From Chrysomallon squamiferum (lineage: Eukaryota; Animalia; Mollusca), in contig CM022677.1 in the NCBI GenBank assembly GCA_012295275.1, positions 23,560,001-23,624,000 of the forward strand: a stretch of DNA of 64,000 nt. The letters are read 5' to 3'. Within the stretch, counting starts at the first letter, position 1; each line of letters starts with the position of its first letter. The notes below the pieces were generated by a model. It was not told the DNA's origin. It ran no database searches and saw nothing but the letters and a program-made list of their open reading frames with translations. Positions 1-59,371 of this stretch are shown here, one piece after another. The position numbers and the translations under genes are program-made.

Positions 1-646
1 AATATATTTTTGTTTTATTTCATTTTCTTCTTACTATTATCAGTTAGTGTTGTTGTTCTTCCTCACTATAGGACATGTCCTTTGAGTCATTACACAATAC
101 AAATACTGATACTGAAATATATTGTATTACTCTTAAGCTGACAGTTTACCAGTGTATGTATTGCCAACACTACGATAGTTGCAGCTGGAGACAGTTACAT
201 ATCAATATCAAAATTGGGATCTTAAAATGTAATATAACATTGACAGCAATGGCTATCGAATGATGCTTCAGTGACGTATTGTAGCTGAAGTATGACTGTA
301 AAGTAATTAAACAAATTAAACTGAAATCCAGACAATAATGCGAAACATTAAATGATTACTGTCTCTGAAAGAAGAAATGACTGAAATAAAAAAAAAGGGC
401 AAGTCTGTGGTGATGTGACTAGCAATCACGGCAGTTGGAATAACTTCCAATACCTCTGATTGTAATGTCTTGCCCAAATGCAACATTATTTGCTCATGGA
501 AACGGGAAGTGTTATCATCAGATCGCATAAATGCTTTCAAACAAACAATAGAAAAAGAAATGATTGAATAAGCAGAAATTTGTTTAATTTCGTTTCTTCA
601 ATTTTTCTCAATTTCTGACATTGGATAGTCATAAGCTATAAAGTCT

Positions 647-13012
<12,366 letters not shown>

Positions 13013-13034
13013 CTGAAAAATATATAATAATAAT

Positions 13035-13234
13035 NNNNNNNNNNNNNNNNNNNNNNNNNNNNNNNNNNNNNNNNNNNNNNNNNNNNNNNNNNNNNNNNNN
13101 NNNNNNNNNNNNNNNNNNNNNNNNNNNNNNNNNNNNNNNNNNNNNNNNNNNNNNNNNNNNNNNNNNNNNNNNNNNNNNNNNNNNNNNNNNNNNNNNNNNN
13201 NNNNNNNNNNNNNNNNNNNNNNNNNNNNNNNNNN
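13035..13234. other. Assembly gap (200 N, nominal size)
   Basis: Run of N beginning inside an (AAT)n tract. Confidence 0.99.
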
Positions 13235-13491
13235 AAACCATGTTTTTGGTAATTTACGATATTTTCTGAAACTATAAGTGATTTTCTGCCTGTGTCCTTT
13301 TTTTTTTTTTTACTGTTCAGGGATTCTTTGTTCTTTATTCTGTATATGATTAATAGTTTCATTTATATTTATATCATTCAGAAGTATTAGATGCAGAGAC
13401 TAATAATAATAATATAGACCTAAGAGTTTATTATGATTGTTAAGATATGTTGCTAATAAAAATGATTAACTACTGTGTTACTTTAAATCAG

Positions 13492-13665
13492 GTTGGAGTT
13501 CCTGGACCAGACATGAAAAATCATGTTCAGCAATATGTGGGCCAGTATCTCGTTTGGTTGTAAAAACTAGGCTTTGTAATAGCCCAGGACCCACAAATGG
13601 AAGAGACTATGAAGGCTTTAGAATAAATTTTATTACAGAGTCATGTGAAATTGTCCCATGTCCAA
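13492..13665 (+). CDS. Isolated plus-strand TSP1 exon (G)WSSWTRHEKSCSAICGPVSRLVVKTRLCNSPGPTNGRDYEGFRINFITESCEIVPCP, possibly a pseudo-exon
   Basis: 174 nt phase 1-1, aaatcag / gtaaga, WSSW and Cys pattern; 4th Cys replaced by Tyr. Confidence 0.7.
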
Positions 13666-13708
13666 GTAAGAAAGTAATCAGTATAATAATTATTTGTGAT
13701 ATTGTTGT

Positions 13709-13766
<58 letters not shown>

Positions 13767-16700
13767 ATGACTGTTCTCTAACTATCTTTAGCGTTTAAAG
13801 AGTAAAGGTAGTTTTTAAGTTTCAATATAGTACACTCTAATTTCAAGCTTTTCTATCTAAGAGAAAATGTGTTTAAGATCTACTTCAATTAAATTTCTCT
13901 CTGGTGTTATATTTAAATTAAGAAGTGATGTATTACATTAATTGTAGTTTGTATATGTACTAAAATACATGTATACTTACACCAAAACCTACCAGACCAA
14001 CTGTAGAAAGTACCAAACAGAAAAACATTCCAATTTGTTGAGATGATGCAGAGTTGACTTAATGTGTTGCATCCAACAGCAAAATAATAAGAACATGTTT
14101 AACAAATTTATAGCTTAAGTTCACAAGGATATGTAAAAGAGTTACCTACTTCTAAATATTTGGGTTATTTATTGGTGCTTTGCAGAAAGTGACACTAAAT
14201 ATATTTTAATATTTTGCTTGACTGTTACAAAAAATACATCTGGAAAAAAAGATATCAGAAATTTTCTAAAAGCTTTTGTGGTCTGGATGCATCTTGATAA
14301 TTTGTGTCTCATATTAAAATCCAAAAAGGTTCTGAATTCACAAAAAGTTCTCAAATACTGCATATTTTTAAGAAATATTTTTGTTGTTTTTATGGATTTT
14401 CCTTTTTGTAGTTCAGAAATTTATGAGTTCCATTTAATTAAAAGTTTATACTAACCTACTATAACTTGAGATTATAAACGGTTTTATTATTATTTAAAAT
14501 TATAACTAGTAATCAATTCCTATAGTGGTAAACATAGCTGTGGTATAATGGTTATTATAATAGCACTAAGAATATTTAACTTTGTACAGTTATTATTTAT
14601 AATTGACAGCAAGCCACAGCGTACATGGATTGCACTGAAACCTAGACCAGTATATCCATTCTTTAAGATGCACGTACATATATCACGTACATATATCACA
14701 TAACAGAGATATACTGATATAGTTCTAGCAATAATAACTGGAATTATGAAATCTATCAAAGACGAAAACACCACATATTTCTTCATTTATTTTACTAATA
14801 CATTTCGTATACAGGATACATACTTTTACATTTCTTTTAGAAATAACATATAAATAAATAAAGATTATTTGTTCTTGTACTTCATATTACTTTGTTTTTT
14901 GTTAATTTTATTGCTAAAAGTTAGTGAAATTTAAAATACAATTTAAAATAATTTAAATTGTTTTGCTCAAAACAAAATATCCTGGAAAGTGTAACAATTT
15001 CTAGTCTGACAGTTCAAAAACAATTCATATAATCAGTTTATTTTAGAAGGTCTTATTGACATTTCAAATCATATATATTTAGTAAAAATGAAAACAATAT
15101 TGTATTTATTTATTTTTGTATAATACAAATTACATTTATATATGTGTGCATGTATGGATCTATTAATATATGTATGTATTTATTCATGTGTATGTGTGTC
15201 TGTTTGTGTAAGGTTTTATATATGTATATATACACACACAAAAACACACACACATATATACATAATACTATTTTTATTATTATTATTATTATTAACTGCA
15301 TGGCAAGTAATAAACATTTCTACGTAACTAACAGGTAACTGCTTTCTTAACAGTAGCAGTTTTAAAATCTAAACATTGAAAATATAACAGTAAAACTGCT
15401 TGTTTTGAAACTCCTGTAAATACCTACAACAATAATAATAACAACACCAAAACAAATAAATAAATTATCATTAATAGTTATACATCGTTAGCTGATACAT
15501 TTTTTTTTAATAATAGGAATTTTAGGTTAAAATGAATTTATCACAAAACATCAGGAAACACGTTTAGTCTTTTTTTAACTTCTTTTTTAGATGCAACTCA
15601 GAAATGTACTTTGAAAGAAATATATGAGAAAAAGTACGAAACTAATTTTTGAATTAAAATCCAAATTTCATAGGCAGACAGAAATTTTGAAGCATTTTTG
15701 TTACATCATACTTAAATAAATAAGAAGTAATTTTTGAAGAGTCCATTTATAAATGTTGATTGTTCCCGAGCTTATATCAGTAATTTAATTTGCTTCTGTT
15801 TCTCATTTAATTGTCATTATACTACATATTAAAAAAAATATATATATTAAAAAATATTTAAAAATAATAAAATAAAATAAAATAAAAAATAAACAAAAAA
15901 TAAAAATAAAAAAAGGAACAAAAGACCCCCTAAAAGTTATAAAACAAGTAAAAAGAAAATAAGAAAAAGAAAAAGAAATCGAGAAGAATGCATTTTAGCA
16001 CTGAAAATGCTACTAATTACAAATGGGCAATTCCGTGACAAACAAAATAAATTTCATTTTGCTCTAACATCTTTCAAAGAAAAAAATAAATAGAAAAAAG
16101 TAAAATAAATAAATAAAAATATCTAATTGTAGAGAAAGCAAAATTAAACAATAATTATGTCAGTTATGCTTGAAACTATGTGATTTTTATTTTAGAGGAA
16201 TGAAATCTTTAACATTTGTCATAAAAAGAAAAAATTGACTGTTGTTTTAGTAATTCAGCAAATTTAGCAAAAAAGCTGGTTTCAGCAAGAAAAAGATCTT
16301 GTTTCACGAAGTTAACAATGTTATGTTAAAAACGTCAGTGAACACTAAAAAGTATACATGCAGTGTTAATAGAGACAAAAGGTTTGTGAACGGTTGATGC
16401 AAACAGCCAAAGCTAAAAAAGAAAAAAGAAAGAAATGAGATCCTCAGATTGAAAGAGGCGTTTCCACTACTTCACCACTGAGGATGATTGCTACATACCC
16501 TTCATTTTAACTATCGATGAAGTGCTTGCAGATGACCCTCCTATTGTCTTGTATGAAGAAGAGCCGATCCAAATTGTTGCTTGATCAATATTACACTGAA
16601 TGTTTTCACTTTTGAGACAAAACATATACATGATGGAAATTACAACGTGACCCTTATGTACTGATCTGGTACCATCTGGACATTATCATCGAAGGATGAT

Positions 16701-17215
16701 TAAATGTTAAATCTATACTAAACTTGATGCTACCATCATTCTCCTCTGTTAATTATGAATGAATCAATACCATATGAAAATATCTATTTTATTTACTACT
16801 ATGAATGATTATCTATAAGGGCCACATGTTATGTCTCTACTTTTGATAATTTGGACTTTTTTTAAACTGAACACTTACAAAATGAATATAATTACAGGTG
16901 GCTTCATCACAATAAAGGAACAAGACAGTTGATATATTGGCAAGTAGTCAGAAGCTTCAGTCAGATTCTGAATGTCTGAAAGTTTAGTGAAGTCATATAA
17001 TCCACATCATTTTCTTGATTATGCCTTTATGTCTTTTTTATCATACCAAGAAGATATTTCTGATTCCAGTTACATCCTAGATATTCACCAGCTGTTTGCT
17101 CTGTGACACCAAATTCGGACAACATCAGATCTCAAAATGCTTTCTTATAAATACAAAACAATAAAAAAAAAAAAAAATGATTTGAATAAGCAGAAATATG
17201 TTTAATCCCGTTTCT

Positions 17216-49932
<32,717 letters not shown>

Positions 49933-50051
49933 GGCAACTAGAAAAAAAAAAAATAAATAAATAATATATAAATATTAGATTATAAAATAAAAGAATCTAA
50001 TATTAGCAACACATAATTTAGATTAAGTTAATTATTTGTTTCTTATTAATA

Positions 50052-50103
<52 letters not shown>

Positions 50104-50840
50104 AATAATGAAATAAGATACACAGAATATAAATAAACAATGGTGTATCGTACAGTTTCACTTTTCAAATCACACCATACGTTAAGAAGTTCTTTACATC
50201 TTCAGAACTTGTTTCGTTGCATTCTTAAAAAAAATAACTGAAAATGAACATAACAAGCATAATACAGTGTTTAAAAATACAGATATTAAATATCTTCTTC
50301 GACCTGACGAAGTTTTAGATACCAACAGACTATTTCGCTGCAGCGTTAAATTGAGATTATATGCAACGTCATAGCGAACGTATTCAGACATCATTACGTC
50401 ACTGAAAAAGAAAAACCCACAGATTTTCTATAACCTCCTGAAGGCTATATGATCTTGTAAATACTAGAAAATGTGTTTATCCTTTCTTAGATATCCTCAT
50501 AAAAAGTTATGAGATTTGTGTAAAATAAAATATGAGATCATAGTTTTTGGTGATTTTTTTATTTTATTTAACTGATTATTTTTATTAGTTAAGATTAATT
50601 TTTTATTTGTAAAATATATATATATATAAAATGAACATTACGAAACACATGAATAACTGATTTCTGTATGGTAGTTTTAAATATTTCTAACAAGTGTTGT
50701 TTTAAGCAATGCTAGAAAAAAATAAAATAAAAAAAAATAAAAAAAAATAAAGTAAAAAAGTGACATGCATATAGTAAGAATAAAATTTAGTTTTTTAAAT
50801 ACTAAGACAACAGAGGCAAGTATATATATATATATATACT

Positions 50841-51106
50841 TATTACTTTATAAAACTTCTGTATCAAAAATAACTTAAATAGTTGCGTCTGCGCGCGCAC
50901 ACACACGCACGAACACCAAACGTGTATAATATATCCTTTCCTAAGGTAAAAATTAATTTAATGTGATAGAAGAATATATATTCTTTTATCACATTAAATT
51001 AATTTTTAACCTTAGGAAATGGTAGATTATACATAAGTGTTCGTGCGTGCGCTCGCCCAGACGCAACTATTTAAGTTATGTTTGATAAAGGTTTTATAAA
51101 GTAATA
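50841..51106. mobile_element. ~265-bp fold-back palindrome / MITE-like element
   Basis: tattactttataaaac..taacttaaatagttgcgtctg.. mirrored by ..cagacgcaactatttaagtta..gttttataaagtaata, centre aagaatatatattctt (~50977). Confidence 0.85.
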
Positions 51107-51663
51107 AATCTAACTTCCTGGAGTTTCCACACACTCACACACAGAGGTGATTAATTAACAATTCGGTTTACACTACAGGTTCTTTAAACAAAGAGACAAA
51201 ATACGATCCTGCTCAGAAAAGTTAGATATCCTTTTTATCACTCAATATTTCCTTTAGGTAAATAACAAACATTATGGTGGGCCTCAAGACATCGTCTGAA
51301 AGATGAAACACGGATCTGAGGTTATTCAAAATGCATTTGTACTTTTAGTGACAAATGATACTGTACGTTCTATAGGACAGCTGTACAGTGCAACAACAGA
51401 AGCTTTACCAATATGAACTGTATAAGGAAATAAATATATGTGATGAAGTACGAATTTGTAAATGTATCGGTATACTAATATGAATGTGATTAACTATCAG
51501 TTAGATGTTTCCTTTGCTTACGTGGTATAAATTATTTTGATCTATTTATCTGAAATTGGTAACAACAATATTCAAAGAGAATATTTCAGATTAAAAGTTA
51601 CTTTGAACTAGCTTCCAATCCAAAGGAAAATTAATTTAATGAAACTATCAGTTATGTGTTTCA

Positions 51664-51699
<36 letters not shown>

Positions 51700-52170
51700 G
51701 GAGGGTCTTATAAAATTCATTAGTTAGACGTTTGAACACTATGTTTTAAGAGTTAAGCTAAAATCGATTTATTTTCCATATAGTGTGTTATGCTTGAACA
51801 AAATTTTCTTATTTTTTTCTTAGTGGTATTTTCGAAATATACCTAGCCTTTGATGATTAAAATTAATCTGTAAAAAGCAAGAAATATACTGTAAATTATT
51901 TAGATCGTTATAACATGAATTCTCAATGGGAAATTTTCAGGCCGCCAGTGCAATTGTAACAAGTGCCTGTTCAGTGGCAGATGTCTTAAAAGTCAAAAAA
52001 TAAGTAAATGCTGATAACATATTTATCACTGAAACAAATTTATTTACCATTTAGTCTTTATTTCAATATCGGTAAAGTCATTTCGTGTATTGACTGGACA
52101 CGATTTTTAGCCATTTCATGAAATGACTGTCTGTTCCAGGTATTTCACGTAATGACTGGTTCCTCAAAGT

Positions 52171-52225
<55 letters not shown>

Positions 52226-52529
52226 CTCTCATTTATAATCCAGCAAGCACTATAAATAGTGGTAAGATGTAATGAACTAGATTATATTCCTTTATCTATT
52301 TAAAATTTAGTTATACTTATCTATGTGGGAACGGATTAATGGACAAAAGAATTAGAAAATTACATGTTCAATTAAAACTGATTGAGCATAAACGAAACAA
52401 TATAAGGACTGTATTATAAGAATTTCACAAAAATATCATTTAATTATCAGATGACGCACATTCTGTGATCAACTGGACACTTAGCTTTGATAATGTAAGA
52501 TGTATCTCACTTTTTAAACTTCAGTAAAC

Positions 52530-52618
<89 letters not shown>

Positions 52619-53496
52619 GTATTCAAAAAAAAGAGAAATTAGCTTCATTCCTTTAAAAAGGTGTAACAAGTTATTTCAGAAAATGAGAAAATTAAATTCA
52701 TGAAAGAAAAAAGAAAACAATTTTTAAAAAAAGAGTACAAAGTTATGAATTATCTAATGTATTTAAAAAAAAAAAATCAATATTCAAAGAACTTTCTCTA
52801 TTAAGTTTTAACAAAAATTAAGTAAACAGAAAAAAATAGTATTTATTTAAATATTCTATTAAATGCATGCACTATTTACTTCAGAAATTCTTTAACTGAT
52901 CAGAAAAAATATTGAAAAGAACCGAAAAAAAAAAGCCCGCTAGTAAATTGAAATCTACATATATTAATCCTCTCTGAACAGTAGTGGTAGTAGTAGTAGT
53001 CGTAATTATAGTAGTAGAAGTGGTAGTAGTAATAATAATTCATACTGTTATCAAATTATGCGTTAATATCTACTCTTCTAAGATGTTTAAAAACCCTACA
53101 AATATATGTATGTTTCGTACATGTTTGTTAATTGATAAACTGAACAAAAGAGAACTGCAGAGAAAACAGTGAATGGTAATAAAATGTAATATATATTCAT
53201 ATTCTTTCATCATTGTTTTTGCTTCTATGGCTGGATTATATTATTCATCATCTGGTTAGTTTTGGTTGTAGAATTTGATTCCGTAGTATTGTCTTTCTGT
53301 CCCTGTATAAAATATCTTGATCTGTTCAGTAAAGAGAGGGAAAGAGAGAAAATTAGCATTTTTGAACAGCATCCTCAAATTATGCTTGGTTTTCAGTAAT
53401 ATTCATTACAGTAGCACAAACAGTATACAAAAAGGTATAGAAACAGTAGAAAATCATTGCATTAGATCTACATTCAAATCAGTCTCACAGAGACAA

Positions 53497-53654
<158 letters not shown>

Positions 53655-54019
53655 AAACTTACTGAATTCTGTATACGATGAATCCTACAGCACATAATGC
53701 TATACAGGCAATACAGAATCCTCTTGTATAGTTTCCCATATCTGAAATAACGTAGAAAACAAATAACAGATTTCAGTATTCTTAATTCCAACAGATCATA
53801 AGTAATAAATAAAATAAAACGGAATAAAATAAATGTGGAGATCACCTTTTATTATTTAATGTTCTCTTACATTTGTTATCAAATGTTAACATATGTTGAT
53901 GATTAAACCAGTCACTCATCCAGTTAATAGCAATTATGAAATTAAAATTAATTATCTCGAGTACTCTAGGTATGAAATCGCCACATTTTATTTCTAAAGC
54001 AAATTGGGTGTTCCTAATA

Positions 54020-54078
<59 letters not shown>

Positions 54079-55563
54079 AGGAATAGATATAGGAGGGAAT
54101 ACTCTGGCAGAAGTACATTGAAACCTCGATTTGGAGGTTATATTTTGTTTAAACTTGATAATTTGAACTTGAACTTGAAAAAAATTAACATACTAATCAG
54201 AGCAAGCTGTTTTGAAGCACGTTTGATAATTGATGTTTAGGACATATTTATACTGATGTGCTCGGAGGCTAAATCCAAGATGGTTGCCGATGAATTTATT
54301 TTCCTCAGTCTTCTCAACTAGATCAGATAAAGACATGAATGGAAGGTTGTTTTATGTATTTTCAGGCATTAAAATATCTAATCAGCTGTAATTGTGCCAA
54401 TAAAATAAAAAGAAATCGAGATGGAACCATAAAATGTAGAATTAAATGGCTGTTTTATGTCAGTTTAAAGTCCTGTGTATGACATCATGTTAGCTTTAAG
54501 TTAATAACTAACTGGTAATTAACAAATAATTAATTACTGAAGTGTTCTGTTATTTACTGCTGGTTCAGTCACTCTAAACATTTATCTATACAGTTATTTG
54601 TAACATTAATTTGGGATGATGTGGAACTTTATTGTCCAACTGACAATCAGTGTGATAAATCACAAAACATTTGTGTTGCAGCAAATTCGATCGTGAAAAT
54701 CAAACAAGACAGACTGAAACTCTTTCAGCATCCGAATGAACGACTAGGTACGTCACTCTAGCGCTGACATCTGTTGAATCGAGAGACAGTGTCCGGTGCA
54801 AGACTGACTGTGTCTAGGATTGATAGTACAACTGATCTGTTGGCTTCATCTTTCCATCATCCACGTTTATCCTGTCACGACATACAGTAAAGATATTTAA
54901 TGATAAGCATGTGTCACGTTTTCCCCAAACGCTTTGCTGGTTGGTGTTAGAGAACATAATCTTGGTGTTGTGCATTTTGCATTTGTGTTTCTGTTCCTTT
55001 GTCCATTGCATGCTGTCACAAAAGACACTGACTGCTGTATTATCAGTGGCAGGAATGAATCGATATGTCCCAAAGCCGACCGAATAAGTTATCTTCTTAC
55101 AATTTTGGAGACTGTTGGAAACAGCAAGCAACAATGTCACAACCAGGAAGTGAATGAACAGCAAGCGTTTCTGGTCTTCTATAATCTGTGCTTCTCGTTC
55201 TTTGACCGGAGATCATCATCCACATAATAAAGCTGAAGCAGTAAGATATGACGAATTATTCAGGATAGTTTTTATTTTTGGGGTAACTTAATTAGCTGTC
55301 AAATTATGGTAAGTTTCGTTTGAAACAGAAACATAAAAATCAAACTTTGGGAACCTGCCATAGCTACTTTCATCTTTGGGAATGTAATATATATATGGAC
55401 AACACGAAAACGTGTATATCTGGAAAAAAACATGCTTCGATGAGACAATCGGATGCTTGCGTATCAATGGTTACTGTTCGATGAAGAAGCACCGACATAT
55501 TGGTGGTGATGGTGGTGGTGGTGGTGGTGGTGGTGGTGTGTGTGTGTGTGTGTGTGTGTGATT

Positions 55564-55694
55564 GTGTGTGTGTGTTATATTCATAGCAATGATCCAACAT
55601 AAAGGACGCAGTTCATATTTTCAGCTTCCTTTCAACGTGTTTTCTGATACGAGATCTGTGTATCAGCCACAGAAGTGGAAATCCACGCTGCACG

Positions 55695-55767
<73 letters not shown>

Positions 55768-55880
55768 ATTCATAGTAATGATCCAACATAAAGGACGCAG
55801 TTCATATTTTCAGCTTCCTTTCAACGTGTTTTCTGATACGAGATCTGTGTATCAGCCACAGAAGAGGAAAGCCACGCTGC
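55564..55880. repeat. Direct duplication of a ~120-bp unit separated by (GT)n
   Basis: 55574-55692 matches 55763-55880. Confidence 0.9.
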
Positions 55881-56941
55881 TCGTGATGTCTGTGCTCAGT
55901 GCACTCAATGGATTCTTCAACACAGACTTTTCACTTTAACATCTCATCTCTTCTGGTTCTCGAGCCAGCGCATCCTTGATGTCCACTTCAGGGCAAACGG
56001 TCAGGACTTAAAGCGAATGTTTTCGGTGTTACAGTGAACGATAATCAAGGCACATTTAACTCAGTTCTTCGAATGTTGAATGTTTACTGCATTCAAAACT
56101 AATTTTCTTAAGAATAAACTTAACTACTTCAGAAAGCAGAGAAAGAACACGAATTGCTTAAGCAGCTGAACATTTAAAATGCGAAAACAATAATTATTTA
56201 AGGCTTCCTGAGAACATGTATTTTCTGCCATGAATAGAATATGTTGGTCATTTCTTTTTTCTTTTTTTATCAGTAAAAAAATCAAAAAAACAAAAACAAA
56301 TGTTAACTGTTTCCGATTCTTCGTTCCTGAAAACGAGTAAAATGGCCTTTAATTTGTGTTACTACCTTATCAAATAATCTTTATAAACTTCTTTTTTTTT
56401 TCGATTCGTTGGGGCCATCAAGGGTTTAGCCTCCTAGCTCAAACTGCTCAAGGGCGAGAAGATGTCAAGCGGCAGCTTTTCAATATGTAATGCCCTAAAC
56501 ATTAATTATCAAAATAAATAAATAAAAATAAAAGAATAATAATAAAAATAAAATAATAAAATAAAAATTTAGACTCGAAAACGAGGTAAAACACAAATAT
56601 GACATTTGTCTACCGGACTAGAATACAATCTAATGCGATAAAGCCAAACAATATTGATAGAAAATAAGAATAACAAATTAATAATACAACAAAAATTAAG
56701 AAAATAAGTAAATAAATAAATAATGAATGAATGAAAAAATGAATAAGTAAATAAAGATATAAAGAAATAAAATTAAACTCAATATAAATATAGGCTTACA
56801 ATCGAGGCAAATCTGACTTAATTATTATCACTCGATGTTTGTCTATGTGGATTTTACCTTTTCATTATGTTATTTTATTATTATTTTAAAATTTATTATA
56901 TATTTACAATATATTATTTTTTATCTTTATTTTTTTTTAAT

Positions 56942-57020
<79 letters not shown>

Positions 57021-57251
57021 TTTGTTTTGGTCAGTGAGAAGATGTATTTACCTTTATTACTAATACTAATACATCAATCAATCAATAAAAAAACAGCTAA
57101 CAAACTTAATAAGCTTCGATTTTCTATTATCGTAAGAAATGATCGCAAAAATTTAAAAAGAACAAAGAAGTACTGTTTATGGATAAACATTTTGAACTGA
57201 AATAGTAAACATTCTAAAATCTTTCTTTGTATTAGTAACTTTTATACTTAC

Positions 57252-57360
57252 TCGACATTTCCTTCGTCTCTTGTGAAACTTTAAGACATTAACAGTAGTG
57301 ATAGTAACCACACCAACAATAATAACAGAAATAATTTTTAATAAAATACACACATCACCG
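57252..57360 (-). CDS. TM-like exon of gene C, copy 2 (..ILLKIISVIIVGVVTITTVNVLKFHKRRRKCR); 5' boundary uncertain
   Basis: Hydrophobic run + basic cluster + gtaagt donor; no clean phase-1 acceptor in frame. Confidence 0.45.
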
Positions 57361-57625
57361 TGCTTAATACATTAATGATAACTACACCTCGTGAGACTAT
57401 AATTAATTTTAGTTCTCTTGGAATATTTATTCATTAAGAATAAAACAGTCAGATATTTTCAATCAGTCAATCAACAATCAATCAGTGAATCGATCGTGAT
57501 AACTTTATTCCTACATATACGTTCGTATAACATTTAGAAATTTAAATAGTTGTTATAATAACAAACTGAATGAGAGCTAAAAACATTTCTTGATTATAAA
57601 TAAAAAGAGTAAATTTCATATTTAC

Positions 57626-57643
57626 CTGGAAGGCGTCTTGCTG
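57626..57643 (-). CDS. Micro-exon 18 nt (A)ARRLP (copy 58972-58989)
   Basis: tctttag / gtaaat, phase 1-1, NAGNAG acceptor. Confidence 0.62.
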
Positions 57644-57795
57644 CTAAAGAAATGAGAAATAGAATAATAGTAATATTAATTAATCGAATTACTCTTTTAA
57701 AGAATAATGGTTAACAAGTTGACAGTTCATAATGCTATTGTAATTATTTCTGTTTAAGATACAAATGCATTTAACAACCCTTGATAAATGGACAT

Positions 57796-57827
<32 letters not shown>

Positions 57828-58280
57828 ACGAATAAATAAATAAAAATTAAAGAATAATAATAAAAATATTATAATAAAATAAAAATTTAGACTTGAAAAC
57901 GAGGTAAAACACAAATATGAATTTGTCTACCGGACTAGAATACAATCTGATGCGATAAAGCCAAACAAAACTGATAGAAAATAAGAATAACAAATTAATA
58001 ATACAACAAAAATTAAGAAAATAAGTAAATAAATAAATAATGAATGAATGAAAAAATGAATAAGTAAATAAAGATATAAAGAAATAAAATTAAACTCTAT
58101 ATAAATATAAGCTTACAATCGAGGCAAATCTGACTTAATTATTATCACTCAATGTTTGTCTGTGAGGAATTTACCTTTTCATTATGTTATTTTATTATTA
58201 TTTTAAAATGTATTATATATTTACAATATATTATTTTTTATCTTTATTTTCTTTTAAATTTTAAATATTATTATTATTAC

Positions 58281-58351
<71 letters not shown>

Positions 58352-58591
58352 TTTTGTTTTGGTCAGTGAGAAGATGCATTTACCTTTATTACTAATACTA
58401 ATACATCAATCAATCAATAAAAAAACAGCTAACAAACTTAATAAGCTTCGATTTTCTATTATCGTAAGAAATGATCGCAAAAATTTAAAAAGAACAAAGA
58501 AGTACTGTTTATGGATAAACATTTTGAACTGAAATGGTAAACATTCTAAAATCTTTCTTTGTATTAGTAAAACTGTAACTTTTATACTTAC

Positions 58592-58700
58592 TCGACATTT
58601 CCTTCGTCTCTTCTGAAACTGTAAGACATTAACAGTAGTGATAGTAACCACACCGACAATAATAACAGAAATAATGTTTAATAAAATACACACATCACCG
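58592..58700 (-). CDS. TM-like exon of gene C, copy 1 (..ILLNIISVIIVGVVTITTVNVLQFQKRRRKCR); 5' boundary uncertain
   Basis: Same features as the copy at 57252. Confidence 0.45.
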
Positions 58701-59185
58701 TGCTTAATACATTAATGATAACTACACCTCGTGAGACTATAATTAATTTTAGTTCTCTTGGAATATTTATTCATTAAAAATAAAACAGTCAGATAATATT
58801 TTCAATAAGTCAATCAACAATCAATCAGTGAATCGATCGTGATAACTTTAGTCCTACATATATGTTCGTATAACATTTAGAAATTTAAATAGTTGTTTAA
58901 ATAATAACAAACTGAATGAGAGCTAAAAACATTTCTTGATTATAAATAAAAAGAGTAAATTTCATATTTACCTGGAAGGCGTCTTGCTGCTAAAGAAATG
59001 AGAAATAGAATAATAGTAATATTAATTAATCGAATTACTCTTTTAAAGAATAATGGTTAACAAGTTGACAGTTCTTAATGCTATTGTAATTATTTCTGTT
59101 TAAGATACAAATGCATTTAACAACCCTTGATAAATGGAAATTTAAATAAATAAATAAATAAATAAATACTTCTTTAATAGGTTAC

Positions 59186-59371
59186 CTGAACAGGGTTTTT
59201 TTTCACAGGACGTTACCGTCGAACCTGAGACCATGCCTTTGCAGAGTTTGCCACCAAACTGTGGTTTAGGATTGTTGCATTTACGATTGCTTCTCTTTGT
59301 TAATGTGCCTCTTCCGCACGGGACTGAACACATCGTTGTGTTAAACACCCAGTCACTCCACCCACCATCCA
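59186..59371 (-). CDS. TSP1 exon (gene C)
   Basis: 186 nt phase 1-1, DGGWSDW..CSVPCG, ctgacag / gtaacc. Confidence 0.92.

Larger units (their letters stand above)
56500..59150. repeat. Tandem duplication of a ~1.32-kb unit carrying an 18-nt micro-exon and a TM-like exon
   Basis: 56500-57810 matches 57830-59150. Confidence 0.9.

Noticed and set aside
316-540. 74-aa minus-strand ORF downstream of gene B
   Set aside because: Non-ATG start, lies in the presumed 3' UTR, not conserved in the gene A paralog, no recognisable motif
16430-17130. Complex sequence with short open frames downstream of gene A
   Set aside because: No recognisable domain or coherent splice structure; treated as 3' UTR/intergenic or an unidentifiable TE remnant
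54028-54076. Long poly-A tract as a retrocopy tail
   Set aside because: No recognisable upstream element body or target-site duplication
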